Below are positions 1 to 8,771 of a stretch of DNA of 64,000 nucleotides, piece by piece (position 1 is the first letter of the stretch; every line of letters begins with the position of its first letter). The notes beneath the pieces are model-generated. The model was not told the DNA's origin, made no database searches, and was given only the letters and a program-made list of their open reading frames with translations. The DNA is from a bacterium. Its GTDB lineage: Bacteria; Bacillota_I; Bacilli_A; RF39; UBA660. The stretch covers positions 7,923 through 71,922 of the forward strand of contig JALFTB010000020.1 in assembly GCA_022779465.1 (NCBI GenBank), written 5' to 3'. The position numbers and the translations under genes were made by a program.

Positions 1-1
1 T

Positions 2-193
2 ATGGATAAAATTGATGCTAAATCATTTTTAAGTAAAGTTAAAGAAGTAAAGAGTTTTGATGGTAAAGTATTTATTATAACTAATAATAAAGATTTAAAA
101 TCTAAGAAAGAAATGTTAGATTTGGGATTTAAATCAATTTTAATAAGACCTTTAAATAAGAAGGATTTAATGGATTTCTTTAATCTGACATAA
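2..193 (+). CDS. C-terminal fragment of a receiver-domain-like protein; true 5' end may lie outside the window
   Basis: The ORF reaches the window edge. The tail (FIITNN...LGFKSILIRPLNKKDL) resembles the alpha4-beta5-alpha5 end of response-regulator receiver domains. Confidence 0.3.
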   Translation: MDKIDAKSFLSKVKEVKSFDGKVFIITNNKDLKSKKEMLDLGFKSILIRPLNKKDLMDFFNLT

Positions 194-209
194 TTCGACA
201 AATGTTTAC

Positions 210-236
210 ATATCTTGACAGTAATTGTCAAGATAT
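210..236. promoter_or_regulatory. Perfect 11+11 bp palindrome ATATCTTGACA-GTAAT-TGTCAAGATAT upstream of spo0A. It is the end of a 10-bp-phased GACA array (185-231) that includes a canonical 0A box (TGTCGAA, minus strand, 194-200).
   Basis: Read directly from the sequence. Its position between the upstream stop (193) and the spo0A start (303) fits an operator. Confidence 0.6.
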
Positions 237-302
237 TTTCTTTTTATTTGTAGAAAATAATATTATAATAGAATTGCGTGGTGTAAATAAAAAGGAGATA
301 AG

Positions 303-1061
303 ATGAATAAAAGAATACGCGTTTTTATGGTAGACGATAATAAGAAGTTCGTGGAGTCTGTAAAGGAGTATTTTAGTAGTCACGCAGTAATTGATGTTGT
401 AGATTGGGCTTATGATGGAGAAGAAGCTCTAGAAAAGATTAGTGGTAATTATAATAATTATGATGTACTTGTAATGGATTTAATTATTCCTAAAATGGAT
501 GGATTAAGTGTTTTAGAAGAGTTAAATAAGAGAAATATACATTTAAAGAGTATTGTTACAACAGGAATTAATTCAATTGAAGTTATCAATAAATGTATGC
601 AAGTAGGAGTTAATTATTATTTACTAAAACCTTATAGTTTTGATGCTTTAGCTAAACATATGGAAACTATAATTGAGTCAAGAAAAGATAAACTAATTGT
701 AAATGATAATGATTTGAAACAAGCAATTACAACATTATTACATTCTCTTGGCATACCATCTCATATTAAAGGTTATGCTTATATTAGAGATAGTATTGAT
801 TTAATGTATAATAATCCTTCGATGATTGGAGCTATAACTAAAGAGTTATATCCAGAAATAGCTGATAAGTATGATACAACTACTAGTCGAGTTGAAAGAG
901 CTATTAGACATGCTATTGAAGTTAGTTGGAGTAGAGGAGATTATGATTTAATGGAATCTTTATTTGGTCATTCAGTTGATTATGATAGAGCTAAACCAAC
1001 TAATTCAGAGTTTATTGCAACTGTTGCTGATAAGCTTAGATTAGAAAGAATATATGAATAA
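303..1061 (+). CDS. spo0A: Sporulation master response regulator Spo0A
   Basis: N-terminal receiver domain (VFMVDDN...[13 protein letters not shown]). C-terminal Spo0A-specific DNA-binding domain ([15 protein letters not shown]...[16 protein letters not shown]). AAAGGAG RBS. Confidence 0.9.
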   Translation: MNKRIRVFMVDDNKKFVESVKEYFSSHAVIDVVDWAYDGEEALEKISGNYNNYDVLVMDLIIPKMDGLSVLEELNKRNIHLKSIVTTGINSIEVINKCMQVGVNYYLLKPYSFDALAKHMETIIESRKDKLIVNDNDLKQAITTLLHSLGIPSHIKGYAYIRDSIDLMYNNPSMIGAITKELYPEIADKYDTTTSRVERAIRHAIEVSWSRGDYDLMESLFGHSVDYDRAKPTNSEFIATVADKLRLERIYE

Positions 1062-1073
1062 ATAACTAATATT

Positions 1074-1112
1074 ATCCTCATTATATACATAAAGTATATA
1101 GGAGGATTTTTT
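1074..1112 (+). terminator. Rho-independent terminator-like hairpin after spo0A. Its 3' arm contains the GGAGGA Shine-Dalgarno of the next gene.
   Basis: The arms atcctcattatatac / gtatataggaggat form about 14 bp with one bulge, followed by a T-run that runs into the ATG at 1114. Confidence 0.6.
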
Positions 1113-1113
1113 A

Positions 1114-2820
1114 ATGGATAAATGTTTTAATAAGAGTGTTTGTAGAATATTAGAAATAGCTGAACAAGAGATGCTTAATTGTCATCATCCTTATGTTGGA
1201 ACAGAGCATTTATTACTAGCTTTGTTAAAAAATAATAATATTAGCGAAATATGTATTAAATATAATTTAACTTATAAAAATTTTAAAAAAGAATTAATTA
1301 AAGTTATTGGTATGGCTAGTAAAGAAAGTGTTAATATTCTTTATACACCTTTACTTAAAATAGTTATAGAAAATGCTTCAAAAAAAGCGAATAAAGAACA
1401 AAAAGAATTAGATGAATTTTATTTACTTTCTTCTTTACTTAATGAACAAGATGGGATAGCTTTACAGATTGTTTCTAATATGGGAGTAGATACAGAAAGT
1501 TTAACGAATGAGATTAATAAACCATCTTTAATATATCAATTAGGGGTTTCTTTAAATGAAAAAGAAAGTGATAGAGTTTATTTAAGAGATAAAGAAATAA
1601 ATGAAGTAATGGAAATATTACTTAGAAAGAATAAGAATAATCCTTTACTTATTGGACATGCTGGAGTTGGAAAGACGGCGATTGCTTATGAACTTGCTCA
1701 TATGATTAAAGAAGGTAATGTACCAGATAAATTAAAAAATAAAGAGATAGTTTTAATTAATACATCTACTTTAATAGCAGGAACAAAATATCGTGGAGAG
1801 TTTGAACTTAGAGTTAATAATTTAATTAAAGAAGTTATGAAGTGTAAAAATATTATTTTATTTATAGATGAGATTCATACGATAGTTAAGACGGGAGCTT
1901 CTGATGGTTCGATAGATGCTGCAAATATTTTAAAACCATATTTAGCAAGAGGAGATATTAAAATTATTGGAGCTACTACTTATGAGGAATATAATGAATA
2001 TATAAAGAAAGATCCGGCTTTAGTTAGAAGGTTTACTCCAGTAATGGTCAATGAACCTAGTAATAAAGATATGTTAACAATTATGGATAAAGTTAAAAAG
2101 AATTATGAGTCTTTTTATGATTTAAAGATAAATAAAAATACGATTAAATATTTAATAGATATTACTGATAAGTATTTACCTAATTTATATAATCCAGATA
2201 AGTGTATAGAAGTTCTTGATACGGTATGTTCTAAGAAGTTAATAGATATGTATAAAGATAACAGTAAGAATAAGATTATTAGTAATGAAGATATATATGA
2301 TGTTATTAAAAATAGAGTTAATATTAGTACTTTAAGAGAAGATAAAATAAATGAGTTATATGATGAATTAAAAGAAAAATATAATGAAAAGACAGTTAAA
2401 AATATTGTTAATTTAATTAAAGATAATAAATTTAATAAATATATGGTTTTGGATGGATTAGATAAAAATAATAAAATTAAAATAATTAAATATATTTCAT
2501 CAAAATTTAACATTAATATGATAAATATTAATTGTGAGGAATATAATGATGATTATAGTTTAAGTAAGTTATTATCTAATGATTATTTATATAATAAATT
2601 AGAAGAGTATCCATTTTCATTTATAGTGTTTAATAATTATGATGAAGCTAATAAAGTTTTGTATAATTTAATTAAAACTATGATTAATAGTGGGTATATA
2701 ACTAATTCTTTAAATAAGAAATTATACTTAAATAATTCAATTATATTTTTATTAAATAATAAAGAAGAAAGTAATTTGGGTTTTAATAATAATCTTTCTT
2801 TTATTCCTCAAAAATGTTAA
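1114..2820 (+). CDS. ClpC-like AAA+ protein: Clp N-domain repeats, an intact D1 ATPase, and a degenerate, truncated D2
   Basis: Clp_N-like repeats (HPYVGTEHLLLALL; DGIALQIV). D1 Walker A is GHAGVGKTAIA and Walker B is ILFIDEIH. The D2-equivalent region lacks Walker A/B (DGLDKNNK; FNNYDEA). The protein ends just after an LGF tripeptide. Confidence 0.75.
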   Translation: MDKCFNKSVCRILEIAEQEMLNCHHPYVGTEHLLLALLKNNNISEICIKYNLTYKNFKKELIKVIGMASKESVNILYTPLLKIVIENASKKANKEQKELDEFYLLSSLLNEQDGIALQIVSNMGVDTESLTNEINKPSLIYQLGVSLNEKESDRVYLRDKEINEVMEILLRKNKNNPLLIGHAGVGKTAIAYELAHMIKEGNVPDKLKNKEIVLINTSTLIAGTKYRGEFELRVNNLIKEVMKCKNIILFIDEIHTIVKTGASDGSIDAANILKPYLARGDIKIIGATTYEEYNEYIKKDPALVRRFTPVMVNEPSNKDMLTIMDKVKKNYESFYDLKINKNTIKYLIDITDKYLPNLYNPDKCIEVLDTVCSKKLIDMYKDNSKNKIISNEDIYDVIKNRVNISTLREDKINELYDELKEKYNEKTVKNIVNLIKDNKFNKYMVLDGLDKNNKIKIIKYISSKFNINMININCEEYNDDYSLSKLLSNDYLYNKLEEYPFSFIVFNNYDEANKVLYNLIKTMINSGYITNSLNKKLYLNNSIIFLLNNKEESNLGFNNNLSFIPQKC

Positions 2821-2844
2821 AATAACTTTTAGGAGGAGAGAGTT

Positions 2845-4236
2845 ATGAAGTTTTATAATACTTTAACAAGACAAGTAGAAGAGTTTAAACCTCATTATGA
2901 AGGTAAGGTTTCTTTTTATACTTGTGGACCAACTGTATATCATTATGCTCATATTGGTAATATGCGTAACTATGTGGGTCATGATATTTTAGATAAGACT
3001 TTAAGATATATTGGTTATGATGTTAAAAGAATAATGAATATTACGGATGTTGGTCATTTAAAAAGTGATTCTGATACTGGAGAAGATAAAATGGTATCAA
3101 GTGCTAAAAGAGAGCATAAGACTGTATTAGATGTAGCTAAATTTTATACTGATGCATTCTTTAAAGATTTTGAGGCTTTAAACTGTCGAATTCCAGATAT
3201 TGTTTCACCAGCAACTGATAATATTGATGAGTATATTAAGATTATTAGTAGTTTATTAGAAAAAGGATATGCTTATCAAGCTGGAGGAAATGTTTACTTT
3301 GATGTTAGTAAATTATCTGATTATTATCAATTAACTAATCATAAAGAAGATGAGATGGTTGTTGGGGTAAGAGAAGGAGTAGAGTTTGATGAAAGTAAAA
3401 GAAATCAAGCTGACTTTGCTTTATGGTTTACTAAGAGTAAATTTGAAGATCAAGAATTAAAATGGGATTCTCCATTTGGAGTAGGTTACCCAGGATGGCA
3501 TATTGAATGTTCAGGAATATCTATCAAATATATTGGAGAATACTTAGATATTCATGGTGGTGGAGTAGATAATATATTTCCTCATCACACTAATGAAATA
3601 GCACAAAGTGAGGCTTATTTAGGCCATAAATGGTGTAATTATTGGTTTCATAATGAACATTTAATGGATGAAACTGGTAAGATGAGTAAAAGTCATGGAG
3701 CTATACTTTCAGTAGAAGAATTAATTAAAAGAGGATATAATCCTTTATCATTTAGATTTATGTGTTTAAATAGTCATTATCGTAAACAATTAGTATTTTC
3801 ATTTGATAGTTTAAATAGTGCTGAACAAGCTTATTTAAAACTTAAAAATAAGATATCTTTAATTAAAGATGAAGGAGAATTATCTGAAGGTGATTTTGAT
3901 AAATATAAAAATATGTTTATTGAATATATAACTAATGATTTAAATACCGCTAATGCAATTACATTGTTATATGATTTACTTAAAGATGATACAGTTAATG
4001 GTCATACTAAGATTGAACTTGTTAGATCTTTTGATAAGGTTCTTAGTTTAGATTTACTTCCAGAAGTAAAAGAAGTAAGAAGTGATCATGAACATATTAT
4101 GAAATTAATTGAAACAAGAAATGAAGCTAAGAAAGCAAAGAATTTTGAACTTGCTGATGCAATAAGAGATGAATTATTAAGTAAGGGTATTGCTTTAGTT
4201 GATACTAGAGAAGGTACTATTTATAAAGAGGTTTAG
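2845..4236 (+). CDS. cysS: Cysteine--tRNA ligase
   Basis: Class I signatures HIGN (YAHIGNMRNY) and KMSKS (GKMSKSHG). The length and GGAGG RBS are typical. Confidence 0.95.
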   Translation: MKFYNTLTRQVEEFKPHYEGKVSFYTCGPTVYHYAHIGNMRNYVGHDILDKTLRYIGYDVKRIMNITDVGHLKSDSDTGEDKMVSSAKREHKTVLDVAKFYTDAFFKDFEALNCRIPDIVSPATDNIDEYIKIISSLLEKGYAYQAGGNVYFDVSKLSDYYQLTNHKEDEMVVGVREGVEFDESKRNQADFALWFTKSKFEDQELKWDSPFGVGYPGWHIECSGISIKYIGEYLDIHGGGVDNIFPHHTNEIAQSEAYLGHKWCNYWFHNEHLMDETGKMSKSHGAILSVEELIKRGYNPLSFRFMCLNSHYRKQLVFSFDSLNSAEQAYLKLKNKISLIKDEGELSEGDFDKYKNMFIEYITNDLNTANAITLLYDLLKDDTVNGHTKIELVRSFDKVLSLDLLPEVKEVRSDHEHIMKLIETRNEAKKAKNFELADAIRDELLSKGIALVDTREGTIYKEV

Positions 4237-4238
4237 AA

Positions 4239-4907
4239 GTGGAAGGTTTATTATATTTATTAGCATTTATTATTCCTTTAATAGCACAAATTTATGTAAG
4301 TGCTACTTATAAAAAGAATAGTAAGAAAGATAATGCTTTTGGATTAACTGGATATGATGTTGCTAGAAAAATTCTTGATAAGAATGAATTAAATAACTTG
4401 TATGTAGTTGAAACTAAAGGAACTATGACAGATCATTATGATCCAACTAGAAAAACTGTTAAGTTATCTACTGATGTTTATCATGGTAAATCAGTAGCAT
4501 CTTTAGCAATTGCTGCCCATGAATGTGGACACGCTATTCAAGATAAAGAAGGTTATTTATTTTTAAGAATAAGAAGTTTTATTTATCCAATTGTTAATTT
4601 AGGTACAAGACTTGCTTATATTATTCTTTTACTTGGATTAATCTTAGAATATATGGATTTAATTATGGTAGGTATTCTTTTAGTTGGATTAGGTTTAGTA
4701 TTCCAAATTATTACTTTACCAGTAGAAATTAATGCCAGTAAAAGAGCTGCTAAAGAAATTGATCAAGCTAATTTAGGAAATAAAAAAGATCAAGCCGGAG
4801 TAAAAGAAATGCTTACTAGTGCAGCTTTAACATATTTAGCAGGTGTTTTATCAAGTGCATTATATGTACTTAGATTATTATTAATATTTACAGATAGAAG
4901 AGACTAA
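4239..4907 (+). CDS. Membrane zinc metallopeptidase, YugP / Zn_peptidase_2-like
   Basis: HECGHAIQ zinc motif with flanking TM segments. GTG start preceded by AAAGAGG. Confidence 0.7.
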   Translation: MEGLLYLLAFIIPLIAQIYVSATYKKNSKKDNAFGLTGYDVARKILDKNELNNLYVVETKGTMTDHYDPTRKTVKLSTDVYHGKSVASLAIAAHECGHAIQDKEGYLFLRIRSFIYPIVNLGTRLAYIILLLGLILEYMDLIMVGILLVGLGLVFQIITLPVEINASKRAAKEIDQANLGNKKDQAGVKEMLTSAALTYLAGVLSSALYVLRLLLIFTDRRD

Positions 4908-4921
4908 TGTCTCTTTTTTTG
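4898..4921 (+). terminator. Rho-independent terminator
   Basis: Hairpin aagagac-taat-gtctctt followed by a T-run. Confidence 0.7.
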
Positions 4922-4944
4922 ATATAATTAAGAAGAGGTGGATT

Positions 4945-5229
4945 ATGAAAATTAATTGTGAATATTGTGATAGTATTATTGATACAGAAGTAGATAAAAA
5001 ATGTCCGAATTGTAATGCTAGTTATGCAAAAAATAAAGAATATAAGGAATACATAAAAAAAGAAAAAGAAGAAGCAGCTAGAATGGAAGAATTTTCTAAT
5101 CAAGTTAAAGAACGTGTGATTAGTCAATTTAAAGTAAATCAAAAAGTGTCAAAAGTGGTTTTTATAGTATCAGCAATTATTGCAATAAGTATATTCATTG
5201 CAATGATTTATTCAATTATATTTAGGTAA
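4945..5229 (+). CDS. Small zinc-ribbon protein with a C-terminal TM helix
   Basis: CxxC...CxxC (CEYCDS...CPNC), a Lys/Glu-rich linker and a hydrophobic tail. GAGGTGG RBS. Confidence 0.4.
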   Translation: MKINCEYCDSIIDTEVDKKCPNCNASYAKNKEYKEYIKKEKEEAARMEEFSNQVKERVISQFKVNQKVSKVVFIVSAIIAISIFIAMIYSIIFR

Positions 5230-5328
5230 TTTTGTTAAAAATTAATATTTTTATACAAAAACATACAAATTTTGATTTTTAGTTCTTAATTTATGATATA
5301 CTCTTAGTGTAGGAGTGAGATTGATACT

Positions 5329-6000
5329 ATGCAAGAAAACGTTATAGAAAGTACTAGTTATAATAGTGTTAATGTTAAAAGTATATTATACTTTGGAATT
5401 AAAAGATTTGTAGATATTATTGGATCACTTGTAGGACTAATTTTTTTATTACCAATTTGTTTAATTGTTAAAATCTCTTATGTTTTACACAAAGATTTCA
5501 ATTCAATATTTTTTACTCAATATAGAATAGGTAAGGATGGTAACTTATTTAAATTTTATAAATTTAGAACAATGGTACCTAACGCTGATGATGTATTATT
5601 TGAGTTACTTAAAAAAGATAAAAAATTAGCTAAAGAATATAAGATAAATAAAAAACTTAAGAATGATCCTAGAATAACTAAAATGGGAAAACATCTTAGA
5701 AATAGTTCTTTAGACGAATTACCTCAATTAATTAATGTATTAAAAGGGGATATGTCATTAGTCGGTAATAGACCATATTTACCTAGAGAACAAGATGATA
5801 TGGGCGAATATTTTGATGATATTATTAAGACTAAACCGGGATTAACTGGATATTGGCAAGTAAGTGGCAGAAGTGATACTAGTTTTGATTATAGATTAAA
5901 ATTAGAAAAATATTATTCAAATAATTATAATTTATTATTTGATATTAAAATATTGTTAAATACTGTTAGAGTTGTTTTATTAAAAAAAGGAGCTAAGTAA
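5329..6000 (+). CDS. Undecaprenyl-phosphate sugar phosphotransferase (small monotopic bacterial sugar transferase, WbaP C-terminal / PglC type)
   Basis: One N-terminal TM, then FKFRTM, LDELPQLINVLKGDMSLVGNRP and GLTGYWQVSGRS motifs. Confidence 0.85.
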   Translation: MQENVIESTSYNSVNVKSILYFGIKRFVDIIGSLVGLIFLLPICLIVKISYVLHKDFNSIFFTQYRIGKDGNLFKFYKFRTMVPNADDVLFELLKKDKKLAKEYKINKKLKNDPRITKMGKHLRNSSLDELPQLINVLKGDMSLVGNRPYLPREQDDMGEYFDDIIKTKPGLTGYWQVSGRSDTSFDYRLKLEKYYSNNYNLLFDIKILLNTVRVVLLKKGAK

Positions 6001-6032
6001 TAAGATACTAAACGGTATCTTATTATTTTTTT
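5999..6032 (+). terminator. Rho-independent terminator inside the capsule locus
   Basis: Hairpin aataagatac-taaacg-gtatcttatt followed by a T-run. Confidence 0.7.
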
Positions 6033-6038
6033 AATAAT

Positions 6039-6377
6039 GATTATGATTAAAAGCAAAAAAAGTGTAATAGTTTCTTGGGACTTCTAATTACATGGATGCT
6101 ATTTATATTTCGCATGTCTTATTTTAATGGGGTTATGAGCGGTAATCAGAGTGGATCTATAGCTGTTTTAATTTATAATCTTTTTTATATTAGCGATACA
6201 GAAAAGGTCAGTTTAATTGTTAGAAAGTGTGCTCATGTTAGTGAATTTTTTATTCTTGGTATTTTAGTTATAAATTTAGTGAGTAAATATAATGTTAAAC
6301 ATATTTATTTAATTTCATTTATCATTTGTGTTTATATTCTAGTAGTGATGAATTTCATCAATTATTTGTTCTTGTGA
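6039..6377 (+). pseudogene. Decayed vanZ copy with two frameshifts, an early in-frame stop and a missing 3' end
   Basis: Aligns by eye to the intact vanZ at 8294-8728. A +1 insertion near 6078 creates a TAA. A 1-nt deletion in the T-run near 6331 shifts the frame again. Homology ends near 6373. Confidence 0.75.
6228..6373 (+). repeat. Near-identical ~145-bp block shared with 8474-8620 (vanZ 3' portion)
   Basis: Base-by-base comparison shows only a handful of differences. The preceding ~190 bp of the two copies are clearly more diverged. Confidence 0.8.
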
Positions 6378-6466
6378 ACGTTTAATAAAACTTTTTGGAA
6401 TAAAGAAATAATTTGTATTATAATAAGTTTATAGAAGAATTGATTTTAACTTAGAAAGAGGTAATT

Positions 6467-7192
6467 ATGGAAAAACGAAATGTTGCTATTGTTATAGCTG
6501 GTGGTTCAGGTAAGAGAATGGGGTTAGATATTCCTAAACAATTTGTAAATATTAAGGGTAAACCTGTAATTATATATACTTTAGAAGCTTTTGAGAAAAT
6601 TCCTCAAATTGATGCAATTGAAGTTGTTTGTATTAGGGGATGGGAAGATACTTTAAGAGGTTATTTAGATAAATATAATATTAAGAAAGTTAAATGGATT
6701 GTTCCTGGTGGAGAAATTGGACAAGAATCTATTAGAAATGGTGTATTTAATTTAAAAGATGAATTATCTGCTGACGATAATGTTATTATTCATGATGGAG
6801 TTAGACCGATGTTAGATGAAGAAATTATTTTAGATGTTATAGCTAAATGTAATTTGTATGGTAATGGAATATCATCAATGCCTTATAATGAACAAATATT
6901 TATCATAGATGATGATATTAGTACATTAAAATATATTCCACGTGAAACACTTAGAAGAATGGTAACTCCACAAGCATATAAATTTAAATTACTTTATGAT
7001 GCATATAAAGAAGCATTTGAAAAAAATATTGGAATTGGACCATCTTCTTATACTAATACTATGATGGTTGAATTAGGACATAGATTATATTTTGCTGCTG
7101 GAAGTGATAAAAATATTAAATTAACGACACAAGATAATTTAGAATTATTTAAAGCTATGCTTGATAGTGATGATAACGTTATTGATGATTAG
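6467..7192 (+). CDS. IspD/TarI-family alditol-phosphate cytidylyltransferase (CDP-ribitol-type)
   Basis: N-terminal VAIVIAGGSGKRMG...IPKQF signature. About 240 aa. Located in a capsule locus rather than an isoprenoid context. Confidence 0.75.
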   Translation: MEKRNVAIVIAGGSGKRMGLDIPKQFVNIKGKPVIIYTLEAFEKIPQIDAIEVVCIRGWEDTLRGYLDKYNIKKVKWIVPGGEIGQESIRNGVFNLKDELSADDNVIIHDGVRPMLDEEIILDVIAKCNLYGNGISSMPYNEQIFIIDDDISTLKYIPRETLRRMVTPQAYKFKLLYDAYKEAFEKNIGIGPSSYTNTMMVELGHRLYFAAGSDKNIKLTTQDNLELFKAMLDSDDNVIDD

Positions 7193-7203
7193 GAGGCATT
7201 TAT

Positions 7204-8280
7204 ATGGAACTTTATGAAAATACTTTATATAAAAATAGTGTTGAATTAATTGCTAAGAATGAAAAAATTAATTATGAATTATTAAAAGATAAAAAAATAT
7301 TAATAACTGGAGCTAGTGGTTTAATATGTTCTTTCTTAGTGGATGTTTTAATGTATCGAAATGAAAATTATAATGATAATATTAAAGTTTATATGTTATG
7401 TCGAAATGAAGAAAAAATAAAAAATAGATTTAGTTATTATGATTTAGAAAGATATAATGGAAGTAATGATGGTAATTTAATTTATATTGTTCAAGATGTT
7501 TGTAGTGCTTTCGAATTTGATGAAAATTTCAATTATATAATTCATGGAGCTAGCAATACTCATCCTAAACAATATTCTACCGATCCGGTTGGTACAATTA
7601 ATACTAATGTTATTGGTTTATATAATATACTTAATTATTCTGTCAAATATAAACCTGAGAGAATATTTATGATGTCTTCAGTAGAAATTTATGGAGAAAA
7701 TAAGAATGATGTTTTAAAATTTGACGAAAATTATTTAGGATATATTAATTGTAATACTTTACGTGCGGGTTATCCAGAAAGTAAAAGACTTAGTGAATCT
7801 TTGTGCCAAGCTTATATTTCTCAATATGATTTAGATATTGTAATTGGACGTTTTAGTAGAGTTTATGGACCAACAATGAGAAGTGATGATAGTAAGGCTT
7901 TAGCTCAATTTATAAAGAATGCAGTTAATAATGAAGATATTGTATTAAAGAGTGAAGGAAATCAATTATTTTCTTATACATATATGTGTGATGCTGTTTC
8001 AGCAATTTTATTTATTCTTCTTTATGGAAAAAATGGTGAAGCTTATAATATTTCTGATGAAAAATCTGATGTTCAACTTAAAGATTTAGCTAAAATATTA
8101 GCAGATTATAATGGAAAAAAAGTTGTTTTTGAGATTCCTGATGAAACAGAAAGAAAAGGGTATTCAACTGCAACAAAAGCTGTTCTTGATTCTACTAAAT
8201 TAAAGAATCTTGGTTGGGAACCATTATTTTCAATTGAAAAGGGATTGAATGATACTATTGATATTTTAAAAAATAGTTAA
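7204..8280 (+). CDS. NAD(P)-dependent extended-SDR epimerase/reductase, probable partner of the cytidylyltransferase
   Basis: Rossmann motif ITGASGLICSF and a catalytic YxxxK-like YPESK. Sits 12 nt after the preceding gene. Confidence 0.7.
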   Translation: MELYENTLYKNSVELIAKNEKINYELLKDKKILITGASGLICSFLVDVLMYRNENYNDNIKVYMLCRNEEKIKNRFSYYDLERYNGSNDGNLIYIVQDVCSAFEFDENFNYIIHGASNTHPKQYSTDPVGTINTNVIGLYNILNYSVKYKPERIFMMSSVEIYGENKNDVLKFDENYLGYINCNTLRAGYPESKRLSESLCQAYISQYDLDIVIGRFSRVYGPTMRSDDSKALAQFIKNAVNNEDIVLKSEGNQLFSYTYMCDAVSAILFILLYGKNGEAYNISDEKSDVQLKDLAKILADYNGKKVVFEIPDETERKGYSTATKAVLDSTKLKNLGWEPLFSIEKGLNDTIDILKNS

Positions 8281-8293
8281 ATTATTGGATATT

Positions 8294-8728
8294 ATGAAAA
8301 ATAAAAGATTAGTTTTGGCTTGGACTTTATTAATTTTATGGATGTTATTTATCTTTATAATGTCTTCATTTAATGGAGTTATGAGTAGTAATCAAAGTGG
8401 ATCTATAGCAACTTTAATCCATAATATTTTTAATATTAGTGATACTGCAAAAGTTAGTTTTATAATTAGAAAATGTGCTCATGTTAGTGAATTTTTTATT
8501 CTTGGTATTTTAGTTATAAATTTAGTGAGTAAATATAATGTTAAACATATTTATTTAATTTCATTTATTATTTGTGTTTTATATGCAAGTAGTGATGAAT
8601 TTCATCAATTATTTGTTCCTGGAAGATCTGGACAAGTAACTGATATTTTTATTGACATGATTGGTACTATCTTTAGCTTACTGGTTATGTATTTATTTAA
8701 CAAATTTAGAAAAAAAGTCTGTTTTTAA
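8294..8728 (+). CDS. VanZ-family membrane protein (intact copy)
   Basis: Four TM segments with the conserved RKCAHVSEFFILG and DEFHQLFVPGR motifs. Confidence 0.75.
   Translation: MKNKRLVLAWTLLILWMLFIFIMSSFNGVMSSNQSGSIATLIHNIFNISDTAKVSFIIRKCAHVSEFFILGILVINLVSKYNVKHIYLISFIICVLYASSDEFHQLFVPGRSGQVTDIFIDMIGTIFSLLVMYLFNKFRKKVCF
8474..8620 (+). repeat. Partner of the 6228-6373 near-identical block
   Basis: See 6228-6373. Confidence 0.8.
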
Positions 8729-8771
8729 TAATATTTAGTTATATTTTAAAATTTATAAGTAGGAGCGTATT

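Noticed and set aside
2115-2513. Antisense ORFs from the track lying inside well-supported genes: 2115-2513, 4888-5142, 9228-9425, 12071-12316, 12937-13122, 13551-13889, 14037-14348, 15339-15548, 17118-17456, 17965-18153, 19000-19191, 27975-28190, 30508-30762, 37995-38237, 48555-48839, 53934-54167, 54285-54485, 54807-55055 and 63403-63621.
   Set aside because: Each lies opposite a gene with clear family motifs. Their translations are low-complexity Ile/Phe/Leu/Asn-rich strings, typical of the reverse frame of AT-rich coding DNA. None has an RBS.
2821-2844. T-box leader upstream of cysS.
   Set aside because: Only 24 nt separate cysS from the preceding gene, which leaves no room for a T-box riboswitch. 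cysS is apparently co-transcribed with the clpC-like gene.
6075-6377. Track ORF 6075-6377 taken as a functional 100-aa VanZ-like gene.
   Set aside because: It starts at a TTG created by a frameshift relative to the intact copy. It loses the conserved DEFHQLFVPGR C-terminus through a second frameshift and has no RBS. It is better described as part of the pseudogene at 6039-6377.
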